64,000 nt of DNA from Octopus vulgaris (Eukaryota): the NCBI GenBank assembly GCA_951406725.2, contig OX597840.1:35898001-35962000 (forward strand). The letters run 5' to 3'. Made by a program: the position numbers and the translations under genes. Within the stretch, counting starts at the first letter, position 1. Each line of letters opens with the position of its first letter. Positions 16,017 through 27,654 of the stretch are shown here, one piece after another. Under the pieces are notes generated by a model. It was given only the letters and a program-made list of their open reading frames with translations. It made no database searches and was not told the origin of the DNA.

Positions 16017-16579
16017 TATATATATTATATGTATATACCTGTATGTAAAAATATATTTATATACATACACATCTTCGCAGGAATACATCCACACACACAC
16101 ACATATACACGCACACACACATACACACACCTCCCAGTAATGTAGATGATTAAACGGATTTTAGCTGTTGTTATTCTTATTTTCTTTTCTTGTCATGCCT
16201 TGACAGGCAGCTTTATCCTCGTGGAAACAGCAATGAGACAGCAATCAGAGATGCGAAGAGATAATCCTGGAAATATTCAGAGAAGTGGCGTTGTGCAGAA
16301 AATTATTCCACGTAGCTTGAAGGGAAATTCGGCGACATTTCTAGTTCGCAACGTGAGAGCTTTGTTAACGTAAGAGGTTTGTTGACATCTTTTTTTTTCT
16401 AGCTTGAGGTCTGGTGACAAACATGTCCAAGATTGCAAGGTTGTGTATGAGAGGAAATTGAGATGTCGTGGGAGAGAAGCAACGGGTACAGTTGCACTTT
16501 GTGATTATGATAATGACTTTCTTGCATTTGGTAATTTGGAAAAGAAAGCGGCATCGATGCTAACATGAAAGGCTCTTAC

Positions 16580-16965
16580 GGTAGCGAGCTGGTAGAATCA
16601 TTAACACATCGGACAAAATGAGTAGCCGTATTTCGTCTGCCGTTACGTTCTGATCTCAAATTCCGCCGAGGTCGACTTTGCCTTTCATCCTTTCGGGGTC
16701 GATTAAATAAGTACCAGTTACGCACTGGCATCGATATAATCGACTTAATCCGTTTGTCTGTCCTTGTTTGTCCCCTCTGTGTTTAGCCCCTTGTGGGTAG
16801 TAAAGAAATAGGTATTTCGTCCGTCTTTATGATCCGAGTTCCAATTCTGCGAGGTCGATCCTTTCGGGGTTGATAAAATAAGTACCAGTTGTATTCTGGG
16901 GTCGATGTAATCGACTTACCCTTGCTCCCGAAATTGTTAGCCTAGTGCCAAAATTTGAATCAACT
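16580..16965 (+). mobile_element. SINE family B, two internal units
   Basis: Matches the family B consensus; the second unit starts at GGTATTTCGTC near 16812. Confidence 0.85.
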
Positions 16966-16979
16966 CTGAAACACTTTTT

Positions 16980-17810
16980 TCAATGCGGATAATACATGGA
17001 AGAACGAATGTCTATCCAACTTGGACCCAACAGAGGAACCAGCCATTCCAGAAGACGACCGTATGATCGAGAAAGCAGTTCAAAGTATGAATGTAGGGGA
17101 AGCTCTTGGACCGTCAGGAATTGGTGCTGAAAGGCTTAAAATACCTAACAGAGTAGGATATGGCATAGTTCCCGTACAGAAAGATGTCACACCCGACGAT
17201 CGGCGTTGTAGCATTCTAAGGATCTGTCACTAGGGTAACTTACTTGTATTTGTACTTGTGGCGACATTCACCCTGGGCGGGTTGAGTCGGCTTCTTCCAC
17301 CACCCTCGAGGCATCTCGAACCATGGCAGTGGAAGAAGTTTTGTGGGAATATGAATTTCACAAGCGGTCCCCAACAATCCCGCATGTAAAGACATCCTGT
17401 TTGCCGCAGATTGTCCGCAGACGCAGGGACAGAACGACCGAGGAACCGCCGGTTGCCGAAACAGACACTCCGAGGATTTTCACCTGAGCCCCGTCTGCCG
17501 GGTCATGGCCCTAATACCACTCGGTGTCAGACCAATCCGCCTTGGGTGGCCCTACCAGGAACCGAAGTTCCCGACGGCATAGCTTTGACACTACCCGTTT
17601 TCAATGTCCCAACCACGGCGAGGAGGGATGGACTTTGGGGACGCGTCACTAGGGTAAAGGCAATGTTTACCCTTGTAACACTGCAATTAACTCTCTCAGA
17701 GAGAATAATTTCGGACGTATCAAATTAGTGGAGCAGATCATGAAAGATGCTGAAAAATTAATTTGGAAGAGAATTAACCAAGAAGGGGAGCCGTACGGTT
17801 TTGTGTCAGG
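16980..17810 (+). mobile_element. Degraded RTE LINE RT N-terminal region, interrupted by a nested element
   Basis: IEKAVQSMNVGEALGPSGIGAERLK (the KA.GPSGI.AE.LK motif), then after the insertion GKGN...IKLVEQIMKDAEK...YGFVSG. Confidence 0.75.
17239..17644 (-). mobile_element. Short non-autonomous RTE (BovB-like) derivative with 13-bp TSD
   Basis: TSD GTCACTAGGGTAA at 17226-17238 and 17645-17657. Minus strand has the RTE 5'UTR-like AGCTATGCC...GGTAGGGCCACCCAAG and a (CAAGTA)-type 3' tail. Confidence 0.75.
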
Positions 17811-17811
17811 A

Positions 17812-18065
17812 CATTGTATCACATGGCCACGATGCAACGAACATTATATTGGGGAAACAAAAGCGAAACTAACCAACCGTGTAAATGTGCAAAGACATCA
17901 AATAAAACATCCCGCACTTAGACTCATACCATGTAGAGATCCTATGCACAAGGGGGAGTTACAATTATCTCTCTTCATAAAATAAATGAAGAGAACGACC
18001 TCCTCTGGAAGGCAAAAGAAGAATATTTCATGAGATTTCTGAGTCCGAAACGAAACCGAAATAGT
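17812..18065 (+). mobile_element. Degraded PLE GIY-YIG endonuclease fragment
   Basis: CITWPRCNEHYIGETKAKLTNRVNVQRHQIKHP matches the PLE EN pattern C..C...YIGET...L..R...H..QI. Confidence 0.8.
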
Positions 18066-18135
18066 CAGCAACAATTTTACAGAAAACAACTTTCACTATA
18101 TTGCGCCTCTTATTGTTCCTCTCTGCCTCTCCCCC

Positions 18136-18197
<62 letters not shown>

Positions 18198-18316
18198 TTA
18201 TATATATGAGAGAGACACAGAGGAACAACAAGCCAATTGTGCATTCAAATATAATAATCTGTATAATATATGAATACACTATTGATTTATCTGTCTATCT
18301 ATATACATATATGTAT

Positions 18317-18413
<97 letters not shown>

Positions 18414-18430
18414 AATGGTAGTTTGTATAT

Positions 18431-18471
<41 letters not shown>

Positions 18472-18839
18472 CATATATATATACACACACATTTATTATA
18501 TATATCTGAATGCATGTGAATGCACATGCATGTCTTTCTGTTTATATATCAATATATATATATATATATTTATATATAGATACACATGCGTATATATACA
18601 TATATATGTATAAGTATATATATATTCACATGTCAAACTTCATAGTTACACAGACACACACACACACACACACACACACACATTTATTTATTAGTGTAAA
18701 TTCACACCTAATCCCGCCTACCATGCCCCACTCAACATTTAACCACATGCACATACTTCTACGCGCATTTTGCGACAGAAGAAGATTTTGATGAAGAAAA
18801 AAATGATAGCAGTGGGAGGTAAATGTCGTATATAAATGA

Positions 18840-18872
18840 AGAATGAAGAAAAAAGAGACGGAAAATAAGAGA

Positions 18873-18915
<43 letters not shown>

Positions 18916-19460
18916 GAAGGTTTAGGATGATAATTAGAGGGAAAAAGAAGAGGAGTAGAGGGAAGAAAGAAGAAGAAGATGAAGGAAAAGAAAAAGATGA
19001 TGATGAAGGAGAAGAGCAAGAAGAAGACGAGCAAGAAGAAGAAGAATTATAATAATAATAATAATAAGAAGAAGAAGAACAAGAACAAGGGCAAGAAGAA
19101 GAAGAAGAAAAGGAAGAAGAAGACGAAAGAGAAGAAGAAGACGAGCAAGAAGAAGAAGAGCAAGAAAAAGAAGAATTATAAGATGAAGAAGAAGAAGAGA
19201 AGAAGAACAAGAACAAGAACAAGAGCAAGAAGAAGAAGAAGAAAAGGAAGAAGAAGAAATAGAAGAAAAAGAAAAGGAAGAAGAAGACGAAAGAGAAGAA
19301 GACGNNNNNNNNNNNNNNNNNNNNNNNNNNNNNNNNNNNNNNNNNNNNNNNNNNNNNNNNNNNNNNNNNNNNNNNNNNNNNNNNNNNNNNNNNNNNNNNN
19401 NNNNAGCAAGAAGAAGAAGAAGAGCAAAAAGAAGAAGTAGAAGAAGAGGAGGAGGTAAAT
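18840..19460. repeat. (GAA)n/(GA)n-rich purine block containing a 100-N assembly gap at 19305-19404
   Basis: Directly visible. Confidence 0.9.
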
Positions 19461-19605
19461 GTTTGTAGGTGAGTAAAAGAAATTCTGAAAAGAAGAAAAA
19501 GCAAAACAAAAATACCAAAAAAATAATGAATAAAATGAAAAGACAAAATCATAAATCACAGAAGAAATTGTTTGCTTGAAAATATGAAATATATACAAAA
19601 AAATA

Positions 19606-19667
<62 letters not shown>

Positions 19668-19668
<1 letters not shown>

Positions 19669-20332
19669 TACAAAATTAGAGAATGGAGAAACATACTTAA
19701 ATCAATAAAGCATCAACTATCCGATGATACTCAATCCATACTTTAATACACCATTACATAGGAGTAAAGGCAATATATAAAATGAAATGAGATATACAGT
19801 AATAGTAAAAGTAAAAGTAAAAGTAAAAAGATAAAGAGATATAAGTAAAAAATTACAAATACAATATGCAAATAAATCAAAACTGACAGCTGTTTCGGCA
19901 GTGAGGACAGTCATACCTCATTTAACCTATAAGCCATAAAGGCAGGTATAAATGAGGCATTAACAAAGATGCCCCACGGCCTCTTCAGAGAATTAAATTA
20001 AATTTGTTATAATAGTGAAAAATATTATATAATCATATACATATAAATATAAAAATATAAAAAAGTAAAATATAAAAACTTATACATCATAATGCTACAC
20101 TTGTATAATATAATACATATTTGTACAAAAAGGAAGGTAACCAGAACAAAATAAAACAAAATATATAACAGTGTATATATAATATTAATAAGTACCGATA
20201 TCATACATATTTAGCTAATAGTTTTTTTTATAAAAAAAGGGGCTAACACATATGGAGATGAAAAATAATAATAATTAAATCCGTGGTACAGTTCATAAAA
20301 TTCTAAAGCTATAAAAGTTAATAAAAATTACT

Positions 20333-20372
<40 letters not shown>

Positions 20373-22273
20373 GTAATAATAATAAAAAATAATAAAAATA
20401 GATACAGTTAAGTTATCACCAAGTCCATCCTTCCAAGATCGAAATAACTATGAGTTAAGAAATGCTGACCACTAGGTAAAGAAAATTTAGATTAATTCGA
20501 TTGGCTATTGGTTTGAAATTTAAATCACAAAAGAAAATTATACGGTTGGTTAGTCAGGGAACGCCAATATTCACACACGCATCTACAGATCAATCGCACA
20601 TACACACATAGTTATATGTATATACATACACTTGTACATATACATAATCATAAGCAACAACTAATACTTAGATAAACAAATAGGGAAGCAACCATGCTAA
20701 CACTAAGTCCTTCAAAATTTATAACTGAGCCTCAATAACAAAAAAAGAACCATCCATGCATTCTATAAAATATTTAATTAAGATATAAATGTATTTTTAA
20801 ATATCAGTATGTTACTAATTCAGATAATTATTTCATGGGTAACTTAAAATTTGTAACACCGGTTTGTTGCAGAGTAAACATACGGTTGTTAGATTTATCG
20901 TAAGTTTGTTATGATTTAAAGTACGCTAAATTATAAAATATAAAATATAAAATATATTAATTTAGATATTATAAATAAGTCACTTATTAACTTAATAAAT
21001 ATAGTGCCAAAATATATCAGTTTAGGCAATAAAAAATGGAGGGGGAAGTATTAATGTAAACGCTTATGAGAACATCACAGAAATTTTAAATAAATTTTAT
21101 ATTATAAAGACTTAATATGAAAAGAGATAAAATAAATAAAAAGGAATAAATACGAAGGAATAAATACGGTTATACACATAATTATAAGTACAAACTAGTA
21201 TATATGTATTCATATATTATTAAAATAAATAAAAATAAATGATAGATATGTATGTATAAAACTACACCAGTATAAGTAAATAAGTAAAGAATAAATAGGT
21301 AACAAATTAAATGACTTGATATGTATGTAAACATCCACACTTAAATAGGCAAATAAATAAATAAATAGAAGACTAGATGCAAATATTGATAATATTACAA
21401 TAAAATGGGAAATAAATAAAAATAAATAAAGTGAATATATATATTTTATATTGTTGAAAGTAAATATGTATGGAAGGATAGTTTAAAGTACAGATCCAGA
21501 GGACTATAGATATAAACTAAATATATGAGGCTGGTAACAATTATAAAGCAAAATGCATGTAAATGAGAAAATGAAAAAAATGAAAAAGGTTTATCAGTGA
21601 ATAACATAAGATACAAATTAAGGTGAGTACAAAAAAGACCAAATATATAATAAAAACCTTCCAAATCAGCACATACAAAAAACCCATAATCTCAACCTAA
21701 ACCCACCAAACTCACAAAAGGCTCTCATATATTACATATTATACAATATCATTACATTATCCAGAGCTAGGTATCTAACCAAGATATACATATATACTTT
21801 GCAATATACTATGCAATATTGGAAAACTTCAAAAATCACACATTACAAGGCAAATACCAAAATGAATATGTTATTTTATGTCATATTGCATTTCTCTTAA
21901 AAAAACAAACAAAAACCCACATACAAAAACCAAGAAACCAATAATACTAGACACATCCAATTAGTTATTATACAAATGTAGCTATAAAAATTATAAAATT
22001 ATGAAATTTATAAAATGTATACTTTAGAATTATAGAAGACCACAGGTATATTTAGTTAAAGAAGGGAATTAAAAAATTGATAATAGTGGAAGTGCTAAGT
22101 TCTATTTGAATCTAGAAAAGGTGAACGGTAGCCTATGAATACAAAAGAAGCTTTTCTCATTAATGTTATTAATAATTTGCCGACCCGCTTTAATAATGAA
22201 GAAAATTTCATTAATACATAGAGAGCATTTTTATTTTTTCCATTATACACAGGTGCTGAAGTTAGTATTTTCC
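19668..22273 (-). mobile_element. Penelope-like element 3' portion (endonuclease C-terminus plus ~2.4-kb AT-rich 3' region), truncated by a gap
   Basis: 22102-22273 minus reads KILTSAPVYNGKNK/KCSLCINEIFFIIKAGRQIINNINEKSFFCIHRLPFTFSRFK* with one frameshift in an A-run, a CxLCxxE...N..E....CxH PLE EN terminus. Hammerhead at 19885-19988; the element ends in (TA)n at ~19667. Confidence 0.75.
19880..19992 (-). ncRNA. Type I hammerhead ribozyme motif with extended stem II
   Basis: Minus strand: CTGAAGA-GGCCGTGGGGCA...TGTCCTCACTGCC-GAAAC-AGCT-GTC. Intact core, palindromic stem III (ACAGCTGT), GUC triplet; stem I is only weakly paired. Confidence 0.7.
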
Positions 22274-22373
22274 NNNNNNNNNNNNNNNNNNNNNNNNNNN
22301 NNNNNNNNNNNNNNNNNNNNNNNNNNNNNNNNNNNNNNNNNNNNNNNNNNNNNNNNNNNNNNNNNNNNNNNNN
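22274..22373. other. Assembly gap (100 N)
   Basis: Run of N. Confidence 1.
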
Positions 22374-22434
22374 GCCTTACACTACTAATAGACATGTGCA
22401 AGCCTCTGTCCCACGAATGTCCCATCACATCTAC

Positions 22435-22810
22435 TCTTTTACTTGTTGCAGTCATTTGACTGCGGCCATGCTGGAGCACCGCTTTTAGTCGAGCAAATCG
22501 ACCCCAGGACTTATTCTTTGTAAGCCTAGTACTTATTCTATCGGTCCCTTTTGCTGAACCGCTAAGTTACGGGGACGTAAACACACCAGCATCGGTTATC
22601 AAGCGATGTTGGGGGTACAAACACAGGCATACAAACATATTCACACACACATACATATATATATACATATATACGACGGGCTTCTTTCAGTTTCCGTCTA
22701 CCAAATCCATTCACAAGGCTTTGGTCGGCCCGAGGCTATAGTAGAAGACACTTGCCCAAGTTGCCACGCAGTGGGACTGAACTCGGAACCATGTGGTTGG
22801 TAAGTAAGCT
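22435..22810 (-). mobile_element. SINE family A
   Basis: Reverse complement of the family A consensus. Confidence 0.9.
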
Positions 22811-22895
22811 ACTGCGACGGTCTTGCGTCCCGTCTAGGTTGGGACTAAATGCGCCATGGAAACAGGAAAACCGGTCCTTATGGGTCGGTTTACTA
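22811..22895 (+). mobile_element. Fragment of a third SINE family (Meta-SINE-like 3' part)
   Basis: CTGCGACGGTCTTGCGTCCCGTCTAGG...CCTTATGGGTCGG is similar to the reverse complement of 33875-34015. Confidence 0.45.
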
Positions 22896-23725
22896 GCTTT
22901 TTGCTCATATAGACTTTATCATTCCATTCTCCCTTTATATATTTCATTTTTGTAAACGAATATATACATAAAAGATACATATAATATAGGCGCAAGAGTG
23001 GCTGTGTGGTAAGTAGCTTGCTAACCAGACATGCGCAGTTAGTCGGTTGCTTCCTGTTGAGCTAGAGTGGACGTGAGTAACAAACTCCTTCCAACTAAAG
23101 AAAAAGACCAAAAACGGAAAGTTGTCGAGGTAAGTGATTTTGTTTATTGTGAGTTGGGCATAATTTATTGCGTGCCAATTATTATTTCAGTAGGTTGTGT
23201 CCAACTCTGAGACAATTTCGCCTGCGCTAGGCGGCTGCCGTTTTTGTGTTCATTGGAAAAAAAAAAAAAAGAAAAAACAGTGGAGGGGCGTATCCTCAGA
23301 ATTCAATACAGTTACTGTTAAAATCACCGTTGGCGGTAGCCAGTGCTGTGTTTGGATTTGTTGAATTTATTCCCTTGTCAGAGTACTTCGCAAGAAAAGT
23401 ATAAAAATAAGCCACTATTGGATTACCTTTCGGACCTTTTTGTGGAGGTTGTGTTGCAGTTGCGGTGTTCCAGGTTCAACCCAGGCCGGGAGTACCGCAA
23501 GGCCAGAATATTTTTGCTGTGTTTTTTCTGTTTATTAACTTTCTTTTGAACTTTATTTACCCCCCCCCCTTTTGTTTTTTTCTTTATTGCGACTTTCCGT
23601 TAATTTCTTCCCTTCTGTTGTGCTTTCTCCTTTTTGTTTTTTCAAAAATCTATCAAATTTATTTAGACTTTTGAACTTTTTTCTTCCTGCTTTTGAGTCT
23701 AATTTGAATATATTTTTTAAAAAAC

Positions 23726-24967
23726 ATGGCAATGAAAAATAACAAAGTTTTGGAGTGGGAAATCATACCACCCAAAAAGTGGTTGAAGGACCGTGATGAT
23801 AGGACGGTGGTGTTGAGAACCTACTCCAAGGCACTTGACACCATCGCCCTATTCGAAAAGACGGCAATTGAGGAGGAGTTGGAGGAGTATTTGCCAACAA
23901 TTAAATTCATTTCCAGGGGTGTCAAATATGGAACGGTGTGGTTGCTGTTTGACACCCCTGAAGAGGCTTGCAAATTTGCTAGCGAACCCTTGGAGGGTAA
24001 GGAAATCTTATTCCTGCCCACTTACAAAAAAAAGAAATTGATGAAAGCTTGGATCTGCGGACTGCCACCCGACATAGAACCCGAGTGGATAGAGGAGACT
24101 ATCCGCCGGGGTCTGGGTGACAGCGAAACTAAGCTCCTCAATGTAAAAGTTCTTCCTGCGGCTGCTTGGGTTGGCTCGAAAGCAGTTTTGACCCTGTGGA
24201 CCCAATCAGCCAATCTGGTTTCTCCAGATTTTTTGAAAATGGCCGGGTGCAGGTACCCGGTGATGCTTGAGGGTCGCCCCCTAAGTGTCATCGGTGCTTG
24301 GAGTCCGGCCACATAAAAGAACTGTCCTCGGGAACAAAATAGGATCCCGGAACAGTTAAGTAAAACCCCTCTAGAAGAGGGAACGATAACGGCCGAGAAA
24401 GCAGAGGACTCCTCAAGCAGAGGCCGAAAGAAGAAGGTGAGCAACAATGGGTGCTCACCAAAGGATAATAGGGATGAGGAGAGGAGGGCGAATCTTCCAG
24501 CCACGGAGGAGACGCACCCTCCCTCAGTTGAAAAGGGAAAAAAAAAGAAAAAGAGGAAGAAAAACGGGACGTTGCCGGCTGTCAGTGTGGCACCGGAATG
24601 TCGCGGAACTACGTCGGTTGGGGTTGTGCCACCGACAAGAGAAGGAATACCGTTGGCGGAAACTGTGCCGCCAACGAAAGAACTGAATGTATTGGTCCTC
24701 TTCTATAGAGGAGGAGAAATTGAAAAAGTGATGGAAGAGCACTACAAGGGAGCACCTTTAGCCTTCACACAGGACCCCGAATGGCCTCCGCAGGTAGCTG
24801 TGGAGGCCGTGGCGTTCGACGTGACGCTAGGGCTAAAGGAGCTCAATGAAGACTATAACTTGGTCCCGGGCGACGCGAACTCGGAACTTGACTACGTTCT
24901 GAGGGAGGCGTGGTTGATGGTGGAGGGCGCGGGCACAAGCTATTTCGAGGACGATATGTATTATTAG
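23726..24967 (+). pseudogene. ORF1p/Gag-like nucleic-acid-binding protein (RRM-like region plus CCHC zinc knuckle), ~414 aa when reconstructed
   Basis: Track ORFs 23726-24316 and 24437-24967 are in the same frame. CHRCLESGHI lies in a shifted frame at 24286-24315 and KNCP resumes at 24317. Adding 1 C to the C-run (24277-81) and 2 A to the A-run (24315-18) gives EGRPPKCHRCLESGHIKKNCP, i.e. CX2CX4HX4C. Confidence 0.75.
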
Positions 24968-24968
24968 T

Positions 24969-25094
24969 AATGGACTTAAGTCCAAAAATTGAAAAATTGT
25001 AAGAGGATTAATACCTCGTTTTGTATTAATAATGGACTGCTAAGCCCAAAATTGGAAAAATTGTAAGAGGTTTAATACCTCGTTTTGTGTTAAT
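24969..25094 (+). repeat. Two-unit ~63-bp tandem duplication in the 3' UTR of the ORF1-only element
   Basis: TAATGGACT..AAG.CCAAAATTG.AAAATTGTAAGAGG.TTAATACCTCGTTTTGT.TTAAT occurs twice. Confidence 0.85.
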
Positions 25095-25413
25095 CTTTTT
25101 TTAAAAAGAACAATGTTTTAGAGAAGCAAAAGTCGGCGGGCGCTTTCTGTCTTCTCCCATCCTTATCATCTTTCTTTCATTATCATTCACCTCATTAATG
25201 TCCTCGTCCAGCCCGCAAAGCTAACTTAATCTGTGTACTGCCTTTATGGCAAATGTTTTGAAATAAAGTAGCTTGCTAACCAGCCACATAGTTCCGGGTT
25301 CAGTCCCACTGCGTAGCATCTTGGGCAAGTGTCTTCTGCTATAGCCCCGGGCCGACCAGTGCCTTGTGAGTGGATTTGGTAGACGGAAACTGAAAAAAGC
25401 CTGTCGTATATAT

Positions 25414-25453
<40 letters not shown>

Positions 25454-26159
25454 TTGTGTGTCTGTGTTTGTCCCCCTAGCATTGCTTGACAACCGATGCT
25501 GGTGTGTTTACGTCCCCGTTACTTAGCAGTTCGGCAAAAGAGACCGATAGAATAAGTACTGGGCTTACAAAGAATAAGTGCCGGGGTCGATTTGCTCGAT
25601 TAAAGGCGGTGTTCCAGCATGGCCGCAGTCAAATGACTGAAACAAGTAAAAGAGTAAAAGAGTAAAAGAGAAATTTAACGACTGAAATGCAATATCTTTT
25701 CCTTAATTTTATTCCTCGCCAACAACTGACGTTTCTTAAATATTCCTTCATCAGTGTCCATTTCAGAACGTTGTACTAAATTTCTATTTTACGAGTTTAT
25801 TAAATTCGTAAACTTGTGAACGTTTCTATTATTCATATATGAAAGTCTATGACAAGATTCTTTGTCCTCTGCGGAAAAATTGAAGATATGACGTCGCTAA
25901 AACTCTAATTCCTAACTGCGAGAAGTCGTGTCAGAACATATAGATTATTTATTTGTCATATAAGCTTGCTGATCGATAAATATATAAGCCTTCTATTGAA
26001 GTGTGTTGATGCCAGGATAGAATATAATACCCTATGGCTTATATCACAACTGTTTTCGAAACACACACTAGGATAAACATATATAGATATGCGTGTGTGT
26101 GTGTATGTGTGTGTGTGCGTACATATTTACATGTATATGCATATATAATGTGATGTGTG

Positions 26160-26200
<41 letters not shown>

Positions 26201-26312
26201 ATATAAAGAGAGAAGATAGAGAATGAGAAATACGTATATGCACACATTCATATATATGCGTGTAGAAACATATATACACACACGCATATATGTATACACA
26301 CACACATACACA

Positions 26313-26361
<49 letters not shown>

Positions 26362-26620
26362 TTATACATATACATATACACATATACATGATCTGAATGT
26401 GTCTTCTATATATTTTTATAAATACTTTGATATATATGATACAGAGATATGTGTACGTGTGTGTCTGTGTGTGTGTATATAGGTGTATACATGCATATAT
26501 ATATATATTGACATTCATATATACATTGCTATATATATATATAAATATATATATTTATATATATATGCATATATGTATATATATATAAATAGCAATATAG
26601 ATATATATATATCAATGTCA

Positions 26621-26665
<45 letters not shown>

Positions 26666-26901
26666 TATGTATGTATATATACACTCATTCAATCATACAT
26701 ACACAGAGGATTCAAATCAGGGATGAAACTGATCAATCACCGGGAGGATTGTAACTTTAATTCCTTGAAAAATCCTTCTCCGTGTGTTTGTGTGTGTGTG
26801 TGTTTGTGTACCGGGGTGTGTATATATTTGTATGTATATGTACATATGTATATATGTATGTATGAATGGCATTTCCACAGAGGAAGACATGTTTCTCCAT
26901 T

Positions 26902-27290
26902 AGGTGCAGGTGTGGTTGTGTGGTTAGAGTCTGCTTCCCAACCACATGGTTCCAGGTTCAGTCCCACTGCGTGGCACCTTGGGCAAGTGTCTTCAACTAT
27001 AGCCTCGAGCCGACCAAGACCACGTGAGTTGATGTGATTGGCGGAAACTGAAAGAAGCTCATCATATATGTGTGTGTGCTTGTGTGATGAGAGAGAGAGA
27101 AAGACACTCTGCGCGTGCGCGTGTATCTGTGTTCTACCCCACCCACCCACCACTTGACAACTGCTGTTGGTGCGTTTCCGTCCCCGTAACGTAGCGGTTC
27201 GGCAAACGACCACTGGAATTTGTATCAAGCTTTAAAAAACAAGTACTAAGGCCGAACCGTTCAACTAAAAAGTCTTCAAGGCGAAACCGG
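26902..27290 (+). mobile_element. SINE family A, diverged copy
   Basis: Recognisable head, core and partial tail. Confidence 0.75.
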
Positions 27291-27374
27291 TGTTGATTAG
27301 TCTACATCTCTGTAACTTAGCGCACATTACTGTGAATATTGCAACCGTTGTATTGTCACAATGATGAACCCAGG

Positions 27375-27618
27375 AAGAAAGAAAGAAAGAAAGAAAGAAA
27401 GGAAGGAAGGAAGGAAGGAAGGAAGGAAGGAAGGAAGGAAGGAAGGGAGGGAGGGAGGGAGGGAGGAAGGAAGAAAGAATGAATGAAAGAAAGGAAGAAA
27501 GGAAGAAAGAAAAGAAGGAAGGAAGAAAGAAAGCAAGGAAGGAAGAAATAAAGAAAGAAAGGAAGGAAGGAAGAAAGAAAGAAAGGAAGAGAGAAAGAAA
27601 GAAAGAAAGAAAGTAAAA

Positions 27619-27654
<36 letters not shown>

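Larger units (their letters stand above)
23029..25265 (+). mobile_element. ORF1-only non-LTR retroelement (Tx1/L1-type ORF1, no ORF2) with 18-bp TSD
   Basis: TSD AAGTAGCTTGCTAACCAG at 23011-23028 and 25266-25283. ~700-bp 5' leader, one long ORF, 3' UTR ending in AATAAA (25262-25267). No RT or EN coding room. Confidence 0.8.
22989..25670 (+). mobile_element. SINE family A split by a 2.2-kb insertion (head 22989-23028, remainder 25266-25670)
   Basis: Head GGCGCAAGAGTGGCTGTGTGGT continues into CCACATAGTTCCGGGTTCAGTCCC after removing the insert and one TSD copy. Confidence 0.9.

Noticed and set aside
16146-16373. 75-aa ORF with a signal-peptide-like N-terminus
   Set aside because: Short and isolated, with no recognisable family; the hydrophobic start is explained by T-rich sequence.
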